Below, one piece after another: positions 11,721 through 21,024 of a DNA stretch of 64,000 nucleotides (within the stretch, counting starts at the first letter, position 1; every line of letters begins with the position of its first letter). Position numbers and translations under genes: made by a program. The notes below the pieces were generated by a model. The model did no database searches. It was not told the DNA's origin and saw only the letters and a list, made by a program, of their open reading frames with translations. This DNA is from an uncultured Gammaproteobacteria bacterium (GTDB taxonomy: Bacteria; Pseudomonadota; Gammaproteobacteria; Enterobacterales; Enterobacteriaceae), in the NCBI GenBank assembly GCA_963742005.1, contig CAVUKG010000021.1, forward strand, positions 46,598 through 110,597, in the 5' to 3' direction.

Positions 11721-12907
11721 CAGGCTTCCTCTGTCTCAGGTTCTTCCGTTTCTTCCGGCGCGTTGGAAATGTCTTTGAGCGCCATATTTAATGGGGCGAT
11801 AAGGGGATCGAGCGCCTTTTCAAACGCCGTCAGATTGATGAGCAGCCAGTCGATCATCGCTGGCCAGTTACTCTCATCCAGGCTGGTTGTCGGTGTGGCG
11901 AAAGAGATTCGGCACGATTTTTTGCCTGGCAACGGCTCCCACTTGAGCGCATGGCCAAAGGTATTTTCAATCGCTTCTTTATGCTCATAGAGCCAGTTAA
12001 ATGCAAAGGTATTGCTCTCCGCCGAGGATTTGGCAATCCAAAGCTCAACGCGGCTCTCTTTTTTGCTGAAAATCAGGTTCCATGAAACGGCGCTGATACC
12101 GGAACCCGCACTGATCCAATGGTCGGTAGAAGGACTGATATTGTTGTACAACGAGCAGGAACTGGCTTTAAGACGTTCAAGAGTTTTTGTCCAGAAAGCT
12201 TTGCGGATCATCAGAATAGCTTTAACTCCGCCGCTAGTGGATTGCTCTTCCGCTTCCTTCTGCGCCATGCCGATCATAAAGGATTCCGCTTCCGGCGTCG
12301 GGATCACCTGACGAATATCAACGAACACATCGTCGTTAAATTTGTATGGCTTAACCTTAAAGCACTGCACCCGCAGGCCAAACTGCATCAGCCACAGCGC
12401 GGTATTGGTCACTTCTTTGCGGAAGCTGGCCGCCACCATCATCACTCGCTGCGTGCGGCTCAGGTTGATTTGCACTTCATCCAGACTTTCACACTCCAGA
12501 AATTCCGCCATCACTTCCGCCGCTGGACGGGTTTCTCCCGGCTCGTATTTATCAATATAGAGCTGGAAGATATCGAGGATCTGATCTTTGCGCAGATTGG
12601 CGCAGTAACCGGCATATTTCAGCGCCTGCCACACCACGTCGCGCCCGGAGTCATCGAGCTTGTTTTCGATGATCACCAGATTGCGCTGTTTATCGATCGC
12701 CAACAGGTCGAGGCGCTCTTTGGTGTCGTCAAAACCGGCGAATTCTTTCTGGATAATCAGCAGTTCGTCGTTGTTGTCGCGGGTTAATGCCTGGGGATTT
12801 TTCGCCAGCCACTCCTGCAGGTGATAGCGCTCGGTGTAACCGAGGCTGCAGAACGATACTTCTTGCAGAGAGTGCAGGCTGTTGGTCGGCGTATCGACTT
12901 TATACAT
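11720..12907 (-). CDS. PD-(D/E)xK nuclease-like / DUF4268-type protein embedded in the R-M operon
   Basis: RLDLLAID...IIENK...QALKY nuclease signature in the N-terminal half; C-terminal domain resembles DUF4268; overlaps the hsdS stop and hsdR start. Confidence 0.8.
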   Translation of the reverse strand: MYKVDTPTNSLHSLQEVSFCSLGYTERYHLQEWLAKNPQALTRDNNDELLIIQKEFAGFDDTKERLDLLAIDKQRNLVIIENKLDDSGRDVVWQALKYAGYCANLRKDQILDIFQLYIDKYEPGETRPAAEVMAEFLECESLDEVQINLSRTQRVMMVAASFRKEVTNTALWLMQFGLRVQCFKVKPYKFNDDVFVDIRQVIPTPEAESFMIGMAQKEAEEQSTSGGVKAILMIRKAFWTKTLERLKASSCSLYNNISPSTDHWISAGSGISAVSWNLIFSKKESRVELWIAKSSAESNTFAFNWLYEHKEAIENTFGHALKWEPLPGKKSCRISFATPTTSLDESNWPAMIDWLLINLTAFEKALDPLIAPLNMALKDISNAPEETEEPETEEA

Positions 12908-14342
12908 TTTCCGCCTCGCTTACCGCCTGCTCGGCTTCCGGCAGGGTGATTTCGCCGGAAAGGAGTTTGGGGAGAAGGGTGTCGCGGAGCTGGGTTAGTG
13001 AGTCGATTTCTCTCTGGCTATGTTTGACACTATCAAACAAAGGAAAAATACTCTTTTCAAATTTCTGTAGAATATTTTCACTTGGTATTACTACCGGCAT
13101 TCCTGATACAAGTTTTGTAGTTAAACTGCCACGACTACTATGAGAGTCAGAAATACCTCTCATCTCCTCATATCGGGAACGCAAATTCATATATAACCAG
13201 CAAGTCAATATTTTATTTTTTGGTCTAACCGCCACTACTGATTGGTTGATATATGTATTAATCATGTTCAGAGATGTTTGCCCGCGAGTGTGTCCCTGTC
13301 CAGCAGACGCAATCAATACATCACCCAACACAGACTTTTTAGTCGAAGATTGCTCAACTCCTAATGTCGTAATGGTTTTTTCGGTATTTGTTATAACGCT
13401 ATTTCTCGTTTCACCTGATGAAAACCAATGAAATTCACCATTCCAATACTCAGATTTAGTTGTTGTTGGCGTTCCCCCGCTGAAAACCTTATCTGTTACA
13501 TTTGTAACAGAACCACTTCGCCATCCCTTTGGAATCGCGCCTCCCTCACACTCTTGCATCGCAGACGGAAACAGCTCTGCCGTGGCTTTTAACTCGGCAT
13601 AGTGTTCAGGGTGTTCACGCTCAAAAACCGCTAATGTATCAGCATCTTTCCCGGAAATCGCCGTCATGGCAGCAAGCGTCGCGTCTTCCTGCGAACCGCC
13701 CGCTTCCAGCACTGCGATTTTGGCTTTCACCGGTTCAAAATCGACAAACCAGCTTTTGAACAGGGCTTGGGCCATTTGTTCGATAGTTTGGTTGATATTG
13801 AAGTTAACTTGAATTTTCTTGTCTAAATCTAATAATACTTTTGAAATTCTATAACTGTCTTCAAATTCTACAATTGGAAAAGGCAAATCCTCGATAGTTT
13901 TCCCACTGATATTTGCCTGATTCGCACTACCTGTCGAGTTTGCAACAAAATATTCTTGAGTGCTATTTTGAGAAAGATAATAATATATAAAACCAAGGTG
14001 AATTGAACAATTAGATTTAAGAATGACTCGACCAACCCTTTGATTAAGGTATGCAACCCCATTCCAGACACGACCAACGCGCCCCACTAATGATTGAGGC
14101 GCATTAGGACCAGATCCTGTCATAGAAATTAGGACATCACCTTCAGATACCAACCATGCTTTTGTTTTCGATGCCAACTCATCTGAAATATATGCGCAAT
14201 CATCATAATTTACATAACCTGCACGAATATTTTTGATCTTCAAAACTTTATTATTGGACTCCTCAAGAAAATCATGACTTTTATAAGCATAACCCCCTTG
14301 AATTTTCACGTAGTGACCTAATGTTGTTAACTCAAAACCCAT
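12900..14342 (-). CDS. hsdS: type I R-M specificity subunit S
   Basis: Two AT-rich TRDs, central conserved AQALFKSWFVDFEPV, C-terminal LRDTLLPKLLSGE. Confidence 0.96.
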   Translation of the reverse strand: MGFELTTLGHYVKIQGGYAYKSHDFLEESNNKVLKIKNIRAGYVNYDDCAYISDELASKTKAWLVSEGDVLISMTGSGPNAPQSLVGRVGRVWNGVAYLNQRVGRVILKSNCSIHLGFIYYYLSQNSTQEYFVANSTGSANQANISGKTIEDLPFPIVEFEDSYRISKVLLDLDKKIQVNFNINQTIEQMAQALFKSWFVDFEPVKAKIAVLEAGGSQEDATLAAMTAISGKDADTLAVFEREHPEHYAELKATAELFPSAMQECEGGAIPKGWRSGSVTNVTDKVFSGGTPTTTKSEYWNGEFHWFSSGETRNSVITNTEKTITTLGVEQSSTKKSVLGDVLIASAGQGHTRGQTSLNMINTYINQSVVAVRPKNKILTCWLYMNLRSRYEEMRGISDSHSSRGSLTTKLVSGMPVVIPSENILQKFEKSIFPLFDSVKHSQREIDSLTQLRDTLLPKLLSGEITLPEAEQAVSEAENV

Positions 14343-16041
14343 AACCCAATCCCCCCAGATTCGCCTTAATCTGCTTCTCCAGCTCAGCGCTCTCTTCCAG
14401 TTGCTCTTTCAACTGCTCGGTCAGTCGCGCCATCTTCTCGGCAAAGGGTTCATCGTCTTCTTCCTGCTCGGCGGCACCAACGTAGCGCCCAGGGGTCAGC
14501 ACAAAGTCGTTTTTCGCAATACCTGAAAGCGTTGCCGAGAAGCAAAATCCGGCTTCGTCTTCGTAGTCTTTATCCGCCTGCCAGGCATGGAAGGTGTCGG
14601 CAATTTTGGCGATATCCTCACGGCTGAAATCACGCAGCACGCGGTCTTTCATATAGCCAATCTGGCGGGCGTCGATAAACAGCACCTGCCCTTTGCGATG
14701 GACTTTACCGTTGCCGCCGGATTTGTTCTTGGTCAGGAACCAGATGCAGGCCGGGATTTGGGTGTTGGTAAACAGCTGGCCTGGCAATGCGACCATACAC
14801 TCAACCAGATCAGCTTCAATCAGGTTGCGGCGGATCTCGCCTTCGTTGTTGGTGTTAGAACTCATCGAGCCGTTGGCCAGCAGCAGTGCCATCGAGCCTT
14901 TCGGCGCTAGGTGATGGATCATATGCTGCATCCACGCGAAGTTGGCATTGCCCTGCGGCGGCGTGCCGTACTTCCAGCGCACGTCATTTTCCAGCTTCGC
15001 GTTCCACCACTCCTTCATGTTGAAGGGCGGGTTAGCCATCACGAAGTCGGCGCGCAGATCCGGGTGCTGATCGTCCAGCAGGGTATCGGCGTTTTTCGTA
15101 CCAAAATTAAAGTCGATGCCACGGATCGCCATGTTCATCGCCGCCAGCTTCCAGGTGGTCGGGTTGGATTCCTGACCGTAGACGGAAATATTCTGCTTCT
15201 GCTCAGCGGCATTGTACTGCTTCTCGCCCGCGTGCTCTTCAATAAAGCGGTCGCTGGAGACAAAGAACCCGCCGGAGCCCATCGCAGGGTCATACACGCG
15301 TCCATTGTACGGTTGCAGCATTTCTACAATCAGGGTAACGATACTTTTTGGCGTGTAGTACTGGCCGCCCTGCTTACCTTCCGCCAGCGCAAACTGGCCA
15401 AGGAAATATTCGTAAACGTGGCCGAGAATATCTTTGCTCTTTAAGCTGAGTTTCTCGCCGTTATATTCCGGATTGCTGAAGTTGGCATCAGAGAAGGTAT
15501 TAATCAGCCCGGTTAATACCTCGTTGCCCAACTGGTACTGGCTGATGCGGTTCAAAATGCCTTTCAGCTTCGGGTTGGTTTTTTCAATTTCATCCAGCGC
15601 GTTATCCACCAGCCAGGAAACAGAACGCAGTTTGACTTCCTGCCCAGTGGCTTCGTCCACCCACAGCACGGTGCCGGTTGGCAGCATAGCTTTATTTTTC
15701 AGCGTCTCCCAGCGCGCGGCTTTTGGCACCCAGAAGATGTTCTTTTCTGCGTAGTAATCTTCGACTTCCAGTTCATCAATAATCGCCTGCGCATACTCTT
15801 CATCAGAGTCGTAACCGTCGCGCGACATGGCGTAGATGTTGTCCGGGTTGCCGACATCGCGGAACAGGGTGATCAGATCTTGCTGACGGGCCTCAAAGGC
15901 ATCGGACACATACTTCAGGAAGATTAACCCCAGCACCACATGCTTGTAGTTGGCGGCATCCATATTGGAGCGCAGCTTGTCAGCGGCCTTCCAGAATTTA
16001 TTATCCAGCTCGTTCAGGAACTGTTGTTCGGCGTTGTTCAT
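14332..16041 (-). CDS. hsdM: type I R-M N6-adenine methyltransferase subunit M
   Basis: YDPAMGSGGF (motif I), NPPF (motif IV), GQYYTP; ATG at 16041 (MNNAEQQF). Confidence 0.97.
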   Translation of the reverse strand: MNNAEQQFLNELDNKFWKAADKLRSNMDAANYKHVVLGLIFLKYVSDAFEARQQDLITLFRDVGNPDNIYAMSRDGYDSDEEYAQAIIDELEVEDYYAEKNIFWVPKAARWETLKNKAMLPTGTVLWVDEATGQEVKLRSVSWLVDNALDEIEKTNPKLKGILNRISQYQLGNEVLTGLINTFSDANFSNPEYNGEKLSLKSKDILGHVYEYFLGQFALAEGKQGGQYYTPKSIVTLIVEMLQPYNGRVYDPAMGSGGFFVSSDRFIEEHAGEKQYNAAEQKQNISVYGQESNPTTWKLAAMNMAIRGIDFNFGTKNADTLLDDQHPDLRADFVMANPPFNMKEWWNAKLENDVRWKYGTPPQGNANFAWMQHMIHHLAPKGSMALLLANGSMSSNTNNEGEIRRNLIEADLVECMVALPGQLFTNTQIPACIWFLTKNKSGGNGKVHRKGQVLFIDARQIGYMKDRVLRDFSREDIAKIADTFHAWQADKDYEDEAGFCFSATLSGIAKNDFVLTPGRYVGAAEQEEDDEPFAEKMARLTEQLKEQLEESAELEKQIKANLGGLGYGF

Positions 16042-16400
16042 GAAAATCCTCGGGGTAAATCGCAAAGAAAGAGCAAAAATGCCCTATCGCAAATTATTTT
16101 TTGGAATGCAGTTCGCAAAATGATACCCGGAACGGTAATGATTACAAACGCCACTGCGTAAAAAAATTTGCATTTGAGAGGTGAATAGTAGGAAACTAAA
16201 CTGCCGTTCCGTTTGCAACTTCAGCGCTTTCACCAGATACGCAGTTCATTCTTTGAACTGTGAGAGACGTCCTGCAGCACCGAAACGATAAATTAGCAAT
16301 GTATTAGAAGTGAGTAATTGCGCATAACTTTTGATTAAAGGTAATCAGAAAGTTGTCGATGGTTATTCTTTGGCTTTTTTTATATGAAACAGGTAAAACT

Positions 16401-18590
16401 ATGTCCTGGCTTAATTCCATTTTATTGGCGCTTACTTCTGTGCAACCTTATATGGTGCCAGCAACCGTTATTGGCCTCGTCAGTGTTGCATTTTTCTGTT
16501 TTATTTTCTTCTATCTCTACAGGTCGGTTAAAATTGTTAACCAACTGAAAAAATATACACAGTCAATTAATCACATTGAAAATGATGAGCCAGAGAATCA
16601 ACTCCAGCATTTGAAAAATTTGTTTGTTCAGCCTGAGATAAAGCATGCCTGGAGTGAATTTGCGGAATCCCTGCATCCCCAGCACGAACTTGTCGGCAGT
16701 GAAGAGAAAATCGTCAAAATTCGCGCCACTGCACCGAGCGCTAATTTTTTCTCAGAACAACAGTTGGTGGATATTCCGCTCAATACTGAATTCTTTAAGC
16801 ATTTACCCGGCATTCTGACTGGTGTGGGGATTATCGGCACGTTCTATGGGCTGATGATTGGCCTAAACCATTTTGACCCCAGCACGCCGGAGCAGGTGGC
16901 CAGCAGCGTCAATAATCTGCTGCACGATGTGCTTTACGCTTTCCTTGGCTCTGCAGTTGCTATTTTTGCTTCCATTGTCGTCACGTGGCTGGAGAAATTC
17001 TCTCTAGCGAAATGTTATAAATATCTGGAAAAATTTACCGCTTCCATCGACAAGCTCTATATCAGCGGCGTGGGTGAGGAATATCTCGCCTCACTGGTTA
17101 AATCCAGCAACGAAAGCGCCACTCAGGCGCGCCACCTGAAAGAGAGCCTGGTCACCGATCTTCGCGATATGCTGTTGCATCTTGCAGAAAGCCAGAAAGT
17201 TGAAAATGAACGCCTCGCGAATACATTGAGCAACACCTATCGTGAATCAGGCGCACAATTTGCTGACCAGGTGAGCGGCGCAATCGAAAATAGCCTTAAA
17301 TCGCCACTGGATAAAATTGCGGGTGCAGTTCAGACCGCCAGCGGCGATCAAAGCGGCATGGTACAGAACATGCTGCAGGATGTACTGACTGCATTTATGG
17401 CGAAGCTCGATACTACCTTTGGTCAGCAGTTTACGAATCTCAACGAAATGATGGGGCAAACCGTCGGTGCGATTCAGACGATGCAAAGTGGGTTCTCAGC
17501 CTTGCTACAGGATATGCGGCAGGTCAGCGATGACTCCCGTCAGGGCAGCGCACAGCTGATTGAACAGCTGCTCTCTGAAATGAAGTCGGGCCAGCAGGCC
17601 ATGCAGGCTGGCATGAATGACATGCTTACTAGCTTACAGGCCTCCGTCGCCAAAATTGGTGCTGAAGGTGAAGGCGCTGGCGAGCGCATGGCTCAACAGC
17701 TTGAGAAAATGTTTGCCGACAGCGAAGCGCGAGAAAAAGCCCTGGCAGAACATATGTCCGCCTTTATTGAAGCCATTCAGAATTCAGTACAGCAGGGCCA
17801 AAGTGCCACAATGGAAAAAATGGCGGCTTCTGTCGAAGCACTCGGGGATCAGTTGGGCAGTCTGTTTGGTCAGATTGATAAGGGCCAGCAACAGATATCA
17901 GCGAACCAGCAGGCTAACCAGCAGTCCCTGCACGAACAGACACAACAAGTGATGAGTGAAGTAGACGATCAGATCAAACAGCTGATCGAAACCGTTGCCA
18001 GCCAGCATCAGGGTACGACTGATACCCTTAACAAACTTGCAGAACAGACCAACCGCCAGATTCAGGATATGCAAAATGGCGCAGAAAAAATGCGTGCGGC
18101 GGCGGAGCGCTTTGAACACGCAGGAGAGCGGGTATCGGAGGCCAACCACCTTACCGCTGAAGTGCTGAATAAAGCGCAATCAGCAGGTTCATCACTATCC
18201 CTTGCCACCAGCGAACTCACTTCCGTTGTGGCTGATTATCGTAACAATCGGGAAGCTGTTAGCAAATCCATTGCCATGCTGGAGCTGCTCGCCGCAAATA
18301 CACAGTCTGAACAAACCACCCGCAGCCAGTTCATCACCGATCTTAAGCAGCACGGTGAGCGCTTGCAGAGCTATAACCGTGAAGCGCAGACCTTTATGGA
18401 AAATGTCAGTGGCGTGCTCGGAAAAGGTTTTGAAGATTTCTCAGAAGGTGTTTCACGCAGCTTGGATAAAACGCTGGGCAAACTGGACGTCGAAATGGCG
18501 AAAGCCTCTAATCTGCTTGCAGGCTCTGTCGAACAGATCGGTGAGAGCGTCAGCGAGCTTGATGATGTTCTGTCTCGCGTGCGTGCCTGA
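16401..18590 (+). CDS. zorA: Zorya type I ZorA (MotA-like TM domain plus long helical tail), 729 aa
   Basis: ATG at 16401 after an aggt RBS; LPGILTGVGIIGTFYGLM MotA-like motif, three TM segments, ~500-aa helical tail. Confidence 0.95.
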   Translation: MSWLNSILLALTSVQPYMVPATVIGLVSVAFFCFIFFYLYRSVKIVNQLKKYTQSINHIENDEPENQLQHLKNLFVQPEIKHAWSEFAESLHPQHELVGSEEKIVKIRATAPSANFFSEQQLVDIPLNTEFFKHLPGILTGVGIIGTFYGLMIGLNHFDPSTPEQVASSVNNLLHDVLYAFLGSAVAIFASIVVTWLEKFSLAKCYKYLEKFTASIDKLYISGVGEEYLASLVKSSNESATQARHLKESLVTDLRDMLLHLAESQKVENERLANTLSNTYRESGAQFADQVSGAIENSLKSPLDKIAGAVQTASGDQSGMVQNMLQDVLTAFMAKLDTTFGQQFTNLNEMMGQTVGAIQTMQSGFSALLQDMRQVSDDSRQGSAQLIEQLLSEMKSGQQAMQAGMNDMLTSLQASVAKIGAEGEGAGERMAQQLEKMFADSEAREKALAEHMSAFIEAIQNSVQQGQSATMEKMAASVEALGDQLGSLFGQIDKGQQQISANQQANQQSLHEQTQQVMSEVDDQIKQLIETVASQHQGTTDTLNKLAEQTNRQIQDMQNGAEKMRAAAERFEHAGERVSEANHLTAEVLNKAQSAGSSLSLATSELTSVVADYRNNREAVSKSIAMLELLAANTQSEQTTRSQFITDLKQHGERLQSYNREAQTFMENVSGVLGKGFEDFSEGVSRSLDKTLGKLDVEMAKASNLLAGSVEQIGESVSELDDVLSRVRA

Positions 18591-18604
18591 GGGGGTGACA
18601 GCTG

Positions 18605-19345
18605 ATGTTTGGGAATGCATTTGGCGTTAAAAAGCGCCGCAGTGATGAAGCTGAGAAGCCCTTCTGGATTTCTTACGCCGATCTAATGACCGCCATGATG
18701 GTGTTATTTCTGGTGGTGATGGTCGCGTCGCTGAGCTCCGTTACACAACGCATTCAACGCGCGGAGCAAGGGGAAAAAGTCAGGGGGCAGGATATTGCCA
18801 GATTATGTGAACGCCTGGAGTTGCATGCTCGTAGGATGAACAAAACCATTGAGGTGGATTGCCACGATAACCGTATCAGCTTTGGCGAAGCTGGGCGTTT
18901 TGACCACAACCGTTTTTTCCTGAACGCCGAAGGGCAAAAAGCGTTGCAGGATGTCGTTCCACTTGTGCTGGAGGCATCCGACAGTGACGAAGGCAAAAAG
19001 TGGTTTAAACAAATCGTTATTGAAGGATTTACCGATACCGACGGCTCTTACCTCTACAATTTACACCTCTCGCTGCAACGTTCCGAATGGGTGATGTGCA
19101 GTTTGCTTGATAGCCGCAGTCCTCTGCAAAAAATCATTTCTGCCGAGCAGCAGATCCAAATCCGCAAACTTTTCCTGGCGGGGGGCGTCTCATTTAATAA
19201 CGCGAAAGAAAGCAAAGAAGCCAGCCGCCGCGTTGAGTTGCGCATGCAGTTCTTTGGGCTTAAGGATAAACGTGATGGCGCTGAAGAGGTGGATTTCCCT
19301 CCGGTCGTTAATAAAGAGGTTTGCCAGTTGGTAATGCCGCAATGA
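18605..19345 (+). CDS. zorB: Zorya ZorB (MotB-like TM with conserved Asp, OmpA-like peptidoglycan-binding domain)
   Basis: FWISYADLMTAMM, IEGFTD, YNLHLSLQRS and RRVELR motifs. Confidence 0.95.
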   Translation: MFGNAFGVKKRRSDEAEKPFWISYADLMTAMMVLFLVVMVASLSSVTQRIQRAEQGEKVRGQDIARLCERLELHARRMNKTIEVDCHDNRISFGEAGRFDHNRFFLNAEGQKALQDVVPLVLEASDSDEGKKWFKQIVIEGFTDTDGSYLYNLHLSLQRSEWVMCSLLDSRSPLQKIISAEQQIQIRKLFLAGGVSFNNAKESKEASRRVELRMQFFGLKDKRDGAEEVDFPPVVNKEVCQLVMPQ

Positions 19346-21024
19346 CGCACGCGCTCAGTTCTCTATCGCAGCGTATTGCAGCGAAGCTATCTTCCAGCCA
19401 GCAGGATGATAATTATCTGCGTAATGATTTTCACGCGCTGGCTTCTGCTGGCCGTGAGATGGAAAAGCGATTTGATAAAGCAGAGAAAATCCCCACCCCT
19501 CCACATGAAATGCGGCTGGCAGCCCTGCGTCGTTTTCGTCTTGCAGAAGAACTGAGTGAACGTGAATGGCGGATGGTGTTTTATGGCCTCGCCGATACCG
19601 ATCCGCTCTACCCTGACAGGCCAGTATTACTGGAGGATGATACATTCTTTCCCCATGTTGACAGTGCTATCAAAAAACAGATTGAATCCAAGACACTGAA
19701 GCGCAAGGACTGGGCAGCACTCTGTTCAAGTTATTTCGCCTACAAACATGAATCGCCAGAAATAAATCCACACTGGTGTGTACTGCGTGGTCATATTGCC
19801 CAAGGTTACCCCGTTGTAAAAGCCGCCATCCGCAGAGAAAAATCGTGGATGAGAACCATTGAGTTTTATCACGATATTTTTACTCCTCAGGCTGGCGGTG
19901 TGATATCCCAGCAGCTCCTTTCAGGTGGGAGTAACTCTTTATCATCATTAGAAAAAATAGCGCAAATCCCCGATAGCAGCTGGTTATGGAAGCGTATTTT
20001 CACGGTGTTGCTGGCGCAGCTCGATACTCTGGACGATCCTCAATATCTGGACAAAATCAGTTGGCTATTAGGCCTAGCGGCGCAGTGGGTACGTTTTCGT
20101 GATGACATTATGACGGCGACGCTGACCCGCTATTATCATTCTACTTATCGCGATCAGGCGCATTCCTCCCTGAAACAGGCCGCACTGGAATACTGGGATA
20201 ACCCGCAGCTGAAAAGCCAGCAGAATAAGTGGCATCAGTATGTTTCTGAACCCGTCGCAGCGATGGTGCGAGGCTGGCTAGCAAAACAGGATCTGATGCA
20301 TTTCTTCGAACTGTTACGCGGAAACGGCGATGTTGACCAGGCACGACTCTTTTATTGGCTGCGATTTGCAAACCAGATGGGATTCACTCGTATCGTGATG
20401 GGACTGGATGCAAGGCAAGTTCGACGTAGTGATTTCGTGAAGTTTCGCGAAGAGAATCGCGGTCGTTTGAGCCATCTGCGCGGTGGGCGTAGTTTTGATA
20501 ACGCCATGATTATGCAGATTAACGATTATATCTTTGTTGAATTCTCTGGAACCGGAAATGCAATGTACTACTACCGAGTAGGAATGGCACCGTTTAACCC
20601 AGAATCAACGCTATTTGATATCAAAGCCCATCTTAAGGACAAAGGAATATGCCCTAAGCCCCTGACACATTTTCCTTCGGCCGATGATTATACAAAACAG
20701 AGACTTACTGGCTGGATGCTTAAATACGACGATGAACTACGCAAGTTAGGCATCCGCTGGATGGCTGAAGAACCCGTCAAATTTGTAGATAAAAAAGCGC
20801 CCTCACCCGCCTCGGTCTCTGACATCAAAATCATCAATCCATTGCGGGATACGGCAATACAGCGACTGGTTGAAAACACCTCATGTATCGTCAGCGATAA
20901 CCGACAGAAAGGTGGCGTGCTTTCTGTACAGCTCAAAACCCCCGACGACATAACGGAAAGAGAGTTGCTCCGACTCGGTTTCACCCCGGTTACTAAAGAA
21001 CCGCATCGTTACTGGATCAAATAA
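19342..21024 (+). CDS. zorC: Zorya ZorC (EH-signature protein), 560 aa
   Basis: ATGA overlap with zorB; RLFYWLRF and VEFSGTGNAMY motifs; lies between zorB and zorD. Confidence 0.9.
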   Translation: MTHALSSLSQRIAAKLSSSQQDDNYLRNDFHALASAGREMEKRFDKAEKIPTPPHEMRLAALRRFRLAEELSEREWRMVFYGLADTDPLYPDRPVLLEDDTFFPHVDSAIKKQIESKTLKRKDWAALCSSYFAYKHESPEINPHWCVLRGHIAQGYPVVKAAIRREKSWMRTIEFYHDIFTPQAGGVISQQLLSGGSNSLSSLEKIAQIPDSSWLWKRIFTVLLAQLDTLDDPQYLDKISWLLGLAAQWVRFRDDIMTATLTRYYHSTYRDQAHSSLKQAALEYWDNPQLKSQQNKWHQYVSEPVAAMVRGWLAKQDLMHFFELLRGNGDVDQARLFYWLRFANQMGFTRIVMGLDARQVRRSDFVKFREENRGRLSHLRGGRSFDNAMIMQINDYIFVEFSGTGNAMYYYRVGMAPFNPESTLFDIKAHLKDKGICPKPLTHFPSADDYTKQRLTGWMLKYDDELRKLGIRWMAEEPVKFVDKKAPSPASVSDIKIINPLRDTAIQRLVENTSCIVSDNRQKGGVLSVQLKTPDDITERELLRLGFTPVTKEPHRYWIK

